This document shows positions 60,825 through 64,000 of a stretch of 64,000 nucleotides of DNA, piece by piece. The notes under the pieces were generated by a model. The model did not search any database. It saw only the letters and a program-made list of their open reading frames with translations, and was not told where the DNA came from. The stretch covers positions 1,440,001-1,504,000 of the forward strand of contig OY759974.1 of the NCBI GenBank assembly GCA_963662945.1. The letters are read 5' to 3'. The stretch is from Arcobacteraceae bacterium (GTDB lineage: Bacteria > Campylobacterota > Campylobacteria > Campylobacterales > Arcobacteraceae). Within the stretch, counting starts at the first letter, position 1. Each line of letters begins with the position of its first letter. The position numbers and the translations under genes were made by a program.

Positions 60825-61649
60825 ATGGCGATTAATATAAGAAAATTTGTAAAAAATGCAATTACAGAAGATAATGGAAGAGGAGATTTGTTTTTTGATA
60901 TTGCACCAAAAGGGCGATTTACTGCAAGAGTAATTGCAAAAGATGATGGAATAATTGCAGGAATTAAGTATGCAAAAGTTTTAGCACGTACTGAAAAGTT
61001 TGATTGTAAGTTTTTACTACGTGATGGAGATGAGGTAAAAAAAGGTGATATCATAGCAGAATTAGAAGGAAAAGCATCCGTACTTCTTAGTTCAGAGAGA
61101 ACTTTTTTAAATCTTTTACAACATGCTTCTGGTATTGCTACAAATGCAAGTAGATATGCAAAACTTCTAGAAGGAAGTGATGTTGTACTTCTTGACACAA
61201 GAAAAACAAGACCTCAGTTAAGAGATTTTGAAAAATATGCTTCGCGAGTTGGTGGTGCAATTAATCATAGACTAGGACTTGATGATTGTTTGATGTTAAA
61301 AGATACTCACTTAAAAACTATTTCCGATTTGAAAGAATTTGTAAAAATAGCACGAAAAAGAATATCTTGGGTAACAAAAATTGAGATTGAGTGTGAAACT
61401 TTCGAGCAGGTACAAGAAGCTATGGAAGCAGGGGCTGATATCATTATGTGTGATAATATGACACCTGAACAAATACGAAAAGTTGCAGATTATCGAGATG
61501 AAGTGCATCCACATATTTTACTTGAAGCAAGTGGGAATATCACTGAAAAAACGATTGAAAGTTACTTAGGTAGTGGTATTGATGCTATTAGTAGTGGAAG
61601 TATTATTCATCAAGCAACGTGGCTAGATTTCTCTATGAAATTCGACTAA
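60825..61649 (+). CDS. nadC: Nicotinate-nucleotide diphosphorylase
   Basis: ERTFLN, SGIAT, DTRKT, NHRLGLDD..MLKDTH, EASGNI. Confidence 0.97.
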   Translation: MAINIRKFVKNAITEDNGRGDLFFDIAPKGRFTARVIAKDDGIIAGIKYAKVLARTEKFDCKFLLRDGDEVKKGDIIAELEGKASVLLSSERTFLNLLQHASGIATNASRYAKLLEGSDVVLLDTRKTRPQLRDFEKYASRVGGAINHRLGLDDCLMLKDTHLKTISDLKEFVKIARKRISWVTKIEIECETFEQVQEAMEAGADIIMCDNMTPEQIRKVADYRDEVHPHILLEASGNITEKTIESYLGSGIDAISSGSIIHQATWLDFSMKFD

Positions 61650-61771
61650 AAAAGGTTTATTTTAAATTCTAGCTTCATATAAGCAAGCTTATCTTTCAGT
61701 CACTTACTGAAGTAAGCTCCTTCTCGACAAACTTACTTCTATCTTGCTATAATTAAAATAAAACTTTTTTT
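61648..61771. repeat. ~125-bp imperfect palindrome (REP/MITE-like)
   Basis: Arms of about 45 nt are imperfect reverse complements and flank a core GTCA-CTTAC-TGAA-GTAAG-CTCC. Confidence 0.7.
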
Positions 61772-61791
61772 ATATTTGTATGTTAGAAAAA

Positions 61792-62250
61792 TTAGAAGAT
61801 TAGAAAATAGGTTAGGCTAGTGCACAGACCTGCAAATACTCCTGCGATCATATCGTCACCCATAACTCCCCAACCACCTTTTACATCTCTATCAATTTTT
61901 CCAATAATAGATGGTTTCCAAATATCAAAGATTCTAAAAAATATAAATGCAATGATTCCCATAATCCAATTTTCAGCTGTAATTCCAGATACACCCATAG
62001 CAATCCACATACCTGCTAATTCATCTATAACAATCTCTTTACTATCATGGATACCCGTTTCTTTTTCATAAATATCAATTTGTTTAACTGCAATTACAGA
62101 GATAAGAAGAGAAAGCAAAAAAAGTGTGGTGATACTTATAATTTGCAATAATCCCATACCAAGAATTAATGCTACAAAGCTTCCTACTGTTCCTGGTGCT
62201 TTTGGGCTTAGTCCACTATATCCTACTGTTACAAAAAATTTATTTAACAC
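61792..62250 (-). CDS. pgpA: Phosphatidylglycerophosphatase A
   Basis: GLSPKAPGT.GS, HDSKEIVIDE, FRIFDIWKP, GVMGDD. Confidence 0.95.
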   Translation of the reverse strand: MLNKFFVTVGYSGLSPKAPGTVGSFVALILGMGLLQIISITTLFLLSLLISVIAVKQIDIYEKETGIHDSKEIVIDELAGMWIAMGVSGITAENWIMGIIAFIFFRIFDIWKPSIIGKIDRDVKGGWGVMGDDMIAGVFAGLCTSLTYFLIF

Positions 62251-63137
62251 TATTTATCACCTTTTTCTTTTTCTATACCAAATTTTTTTCTTTTTTCCCA
62301 TAGTGATTTTCTACTAATTCCAAGCCGTCGACTAAGTTCAGTATCTGGATACTTGTCTTGAAAACTGGTAACCATTAACTTTACATAATCATTAATTGTA
62401 AGTATTGAATCTACAGTTGAAAGTTTATTTGCTATTTTAAGTTCAATTTTTGGATAAGGAATATCTCCTAAATCTTCTAAAGATGAGAGAATAACATCAA
62501 AATTTTCTATTGTTTTTAATATAAGATCCTTTGAACTTTTTTTAACATAATGAAAGTCATAAATGTATAATAATTCATCTTTAAAGTCATTAGGTTCAAT
62601 TTTTGTACTATTCTCTAAAGAGATAAATTTTATAGTCTTATCTAATTTTTGTGCAACTTCTAAAACTATTTTATCTGCAACTCTCTGGTCATTTGTTTCA
62701 ATTGCAAAAGGAAGTGTATCTGGAATTGCTACATCATGTTCAATGTTATAAAATGCAAAATCTATATAGTTTGTTAAATTTTTCTTCATTTGTTTTAATT
62801 TTTTAAATTCATCATAATGATAAATTTTTCGTACTAACTCATCCATAATAAAAGGTTTTACAATATAGTCCATTGCACCATCTTTAAGAGGTTTTGTTAC
62901 TGTAGTATCATTGATATATGAAACAAGTAAAATAATAATACTATCTTTAAATTTTGAAATAATTTTATGTACATCATTACTACTAATATTTGTAGAAAGC
63001 AAAATAACATCATAATGTTCTTCAAATTTCACTTCTTTAATATTTGATACGTGAGTACAATAATTTCCTTCTTCATGAAGTCTTATAGCAACTTTTTGTG
63101 CTAAATAAACTTCTTCATCTAATATAAGTATATTCAT
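62250..63137 (-). CDS. Atypical orphan response regulator (HP1021/Cj1608-like)
   Basis: Receiver with Ser at the phospho-Asp site (DVILLSTN), DYIVKPF, C-terminal Fis-type HTH PDTELSRRLGISRKSLWEKRKK. ATGA-coupled to ispDF. Confidence 0.85.
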   Translation of the reverse strand: MNILILDEEVYLAQKVAIRLHEEGNYCTHVSNIKEVKFEEHYDVILLSTNISSNDVHKIISKFKDSIIILLVSYINDTTVTKPLKDGAMDYIVKPFIMDELVRKIYHYDEFKKLKQMKKNLTNYIDFAFYNIEHDVAIPDTLPFAIETNDQRVADKIVLEVAQKLDKTIKFISLENSTKIEPNDFKDELLYIYDFHYVKKSSKDLILKTIENFDVILSSLEDLGDIPYPKIELKIANKLSTVDSILTINDYVKLMVTSFQDKYPDTELSRRLGISRKSLWEKRKKFGIEKEKGDK

Positions 63138-64000
63138 TTTGTTTTCCAATTATAAAATTTTAAATTTGCATTGCTTAACACGGCAACACCTTCTGCTCTT
63201 CCTACAAAGCCCATTTTCTCACCTCTTGTTGCTTTTATATTTATTTTTTGTTTTGAGATACCAAGAATTGATGAAAGTAAACTTCTCATACTATCTTTGT
63301 GTGGATTGATTTTTGGTTTTTCTGCTAAGATGGTTAAATCTATATTAACAATTTCATATCCAACATTGTAAACAAAAGTTACAATTTCTTTGAGTAATTC
63401 TTTTGAATCAGCACCTTTGTATACAGGGTCAGTATCTGGAAAAAATTCTCCAATATCTCCAGCTCCTATTGCACCTAACAATGCATCAATAATACTATGA
63501 ATTACTACATCACCATCACTATGTGCTTTAAAACCAACTTCTGATTCAATTTGGATACCACCTAAAACCATTGGTTTATTATTTTCAAATTGATGAACAT
63601 CAATACCACTTCCTATAAAAAAATCATTTGATGGTTCTTTTAAACAAGTTATCTCTTGTAATTCTTTTCCAAAAGTGAGTTTTGTAGATTCATTTGAACC
63701 TTGTATATAATAAACAGATTGATTTATATTTTTTATAGCACTGCTTTCATCCGTAAATTCAATCGAAGTATCTAGTGCTTGTTTCAAAATTTCTGTATTT
63801 GAGAGTTGTGGAGTTTGTATTAGTTTTACATCTTCTCGATTGATAGTTTCATTTTTATAAATAACAGTATCTGAAACATTTAATACAGGAACTATACAAG
63901 TTGCTTTTGTTTTAGATGCTACAAGCTCTTCAATAACAGTTTGTGGTATACAACATCTTGCAACATCAGTTATCATAACATAAGAAGATGTTACTTTTTG
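63134..64000 (-). CDS. ispDF: Bifunctional IspD/IspF (5' end outside window)
   Basis: DVAR, IQTPQ, TDES, KLT (IspD). GIDVH, HSDGDV, GDIGEFFP, NIKAT..EKMG (IspF). Frame is open to the window edge. Confidence 0.95.
   Translation of the reverse strand, partial: QKVTSSYVMITDVARCCIPQTVIEELVASKTKATCIVPVLNVSDTVIYKNETINREDVKLIQTPQLSNTEILKQALDTSIEFTDESSAIKNINQSVYYIQGSNESTKLTFGKELQEITCLKEPSNDFFIGSGIDVHQFENNKPMVLGGIQIESEVGFKAHSDGDVVIHSIIDALLGAIGAGDIGEFFPDTDPVYKGADSKELLKEIVTFVYNVGYEIVNIDLTILAEKPKINPHKDSMRSLLSSILGISKQKINIKATRGEKMGFVGRAEGVAVLSNANLKFYNWKTK

Noticed and set aside
61703-61716. CTTACTGAAGTAAG in the palindrome resembles riboswitch P2 (CTTACTGTGAAGTAAG)
   Set aside because: The flanking GEMM elements (CAAA, GACG.AAAG, P3) are absent. 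Most likely a coincidence of short hairpins.

Overview
AT-rich chromosomal window from a Campylobacterota bacterium, most like Arcobacteraceae in gene order and protein sequences. In order it holds: a PAS histidine kinase and REC-PilZ-like regulator; mqnP and miaA; a 15-gene complex I (nuo) operon; SRP RNA; an OprF/CadF-like OmpA protein, mscS, a cyclophilin, serS and trpS; a flagellar cluster (fliS-fliD-flgK-flgH-fliL-motE-like-fliJ-like-fliQ divergent from flgI-fliM); core metabolism (hisZ, purA, carA, proC, proA, fdx, ndk, rpmF, plsX, fabH); clpAS, queF, folB, plsY, two NosL-family genes, nadAC, pgpA, an HP1021-like regulator and a truncated ispDF. Highlights: (1) the nuo operon has no NuoF but embeds a 670-aa SfrB/GltD-like flavoprotein and two NuoG paralogs that differ in one Fe-S motif, suggesting an NADPH-linked or dual-input complex I; (2) a variant c-di-GMP-I (GEMM) riboswitch sits ahead of two tiny uncharacterised paralogous membrane-anchored proteins; (3) both NosL-like genes carry a heme-less cytochrome-c-like module and share a TTAAC-N6-TTAAC promoter box; (4) a ~125-bp REP/MITE-like palindrome; (5) an apparent 1-nt homopolymer frameshift at the end of ndk. 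No rRNA, tRNA, CRISPR array, transposase or prophage was recognised. All homology calls are from recalled motifs, not database searches.
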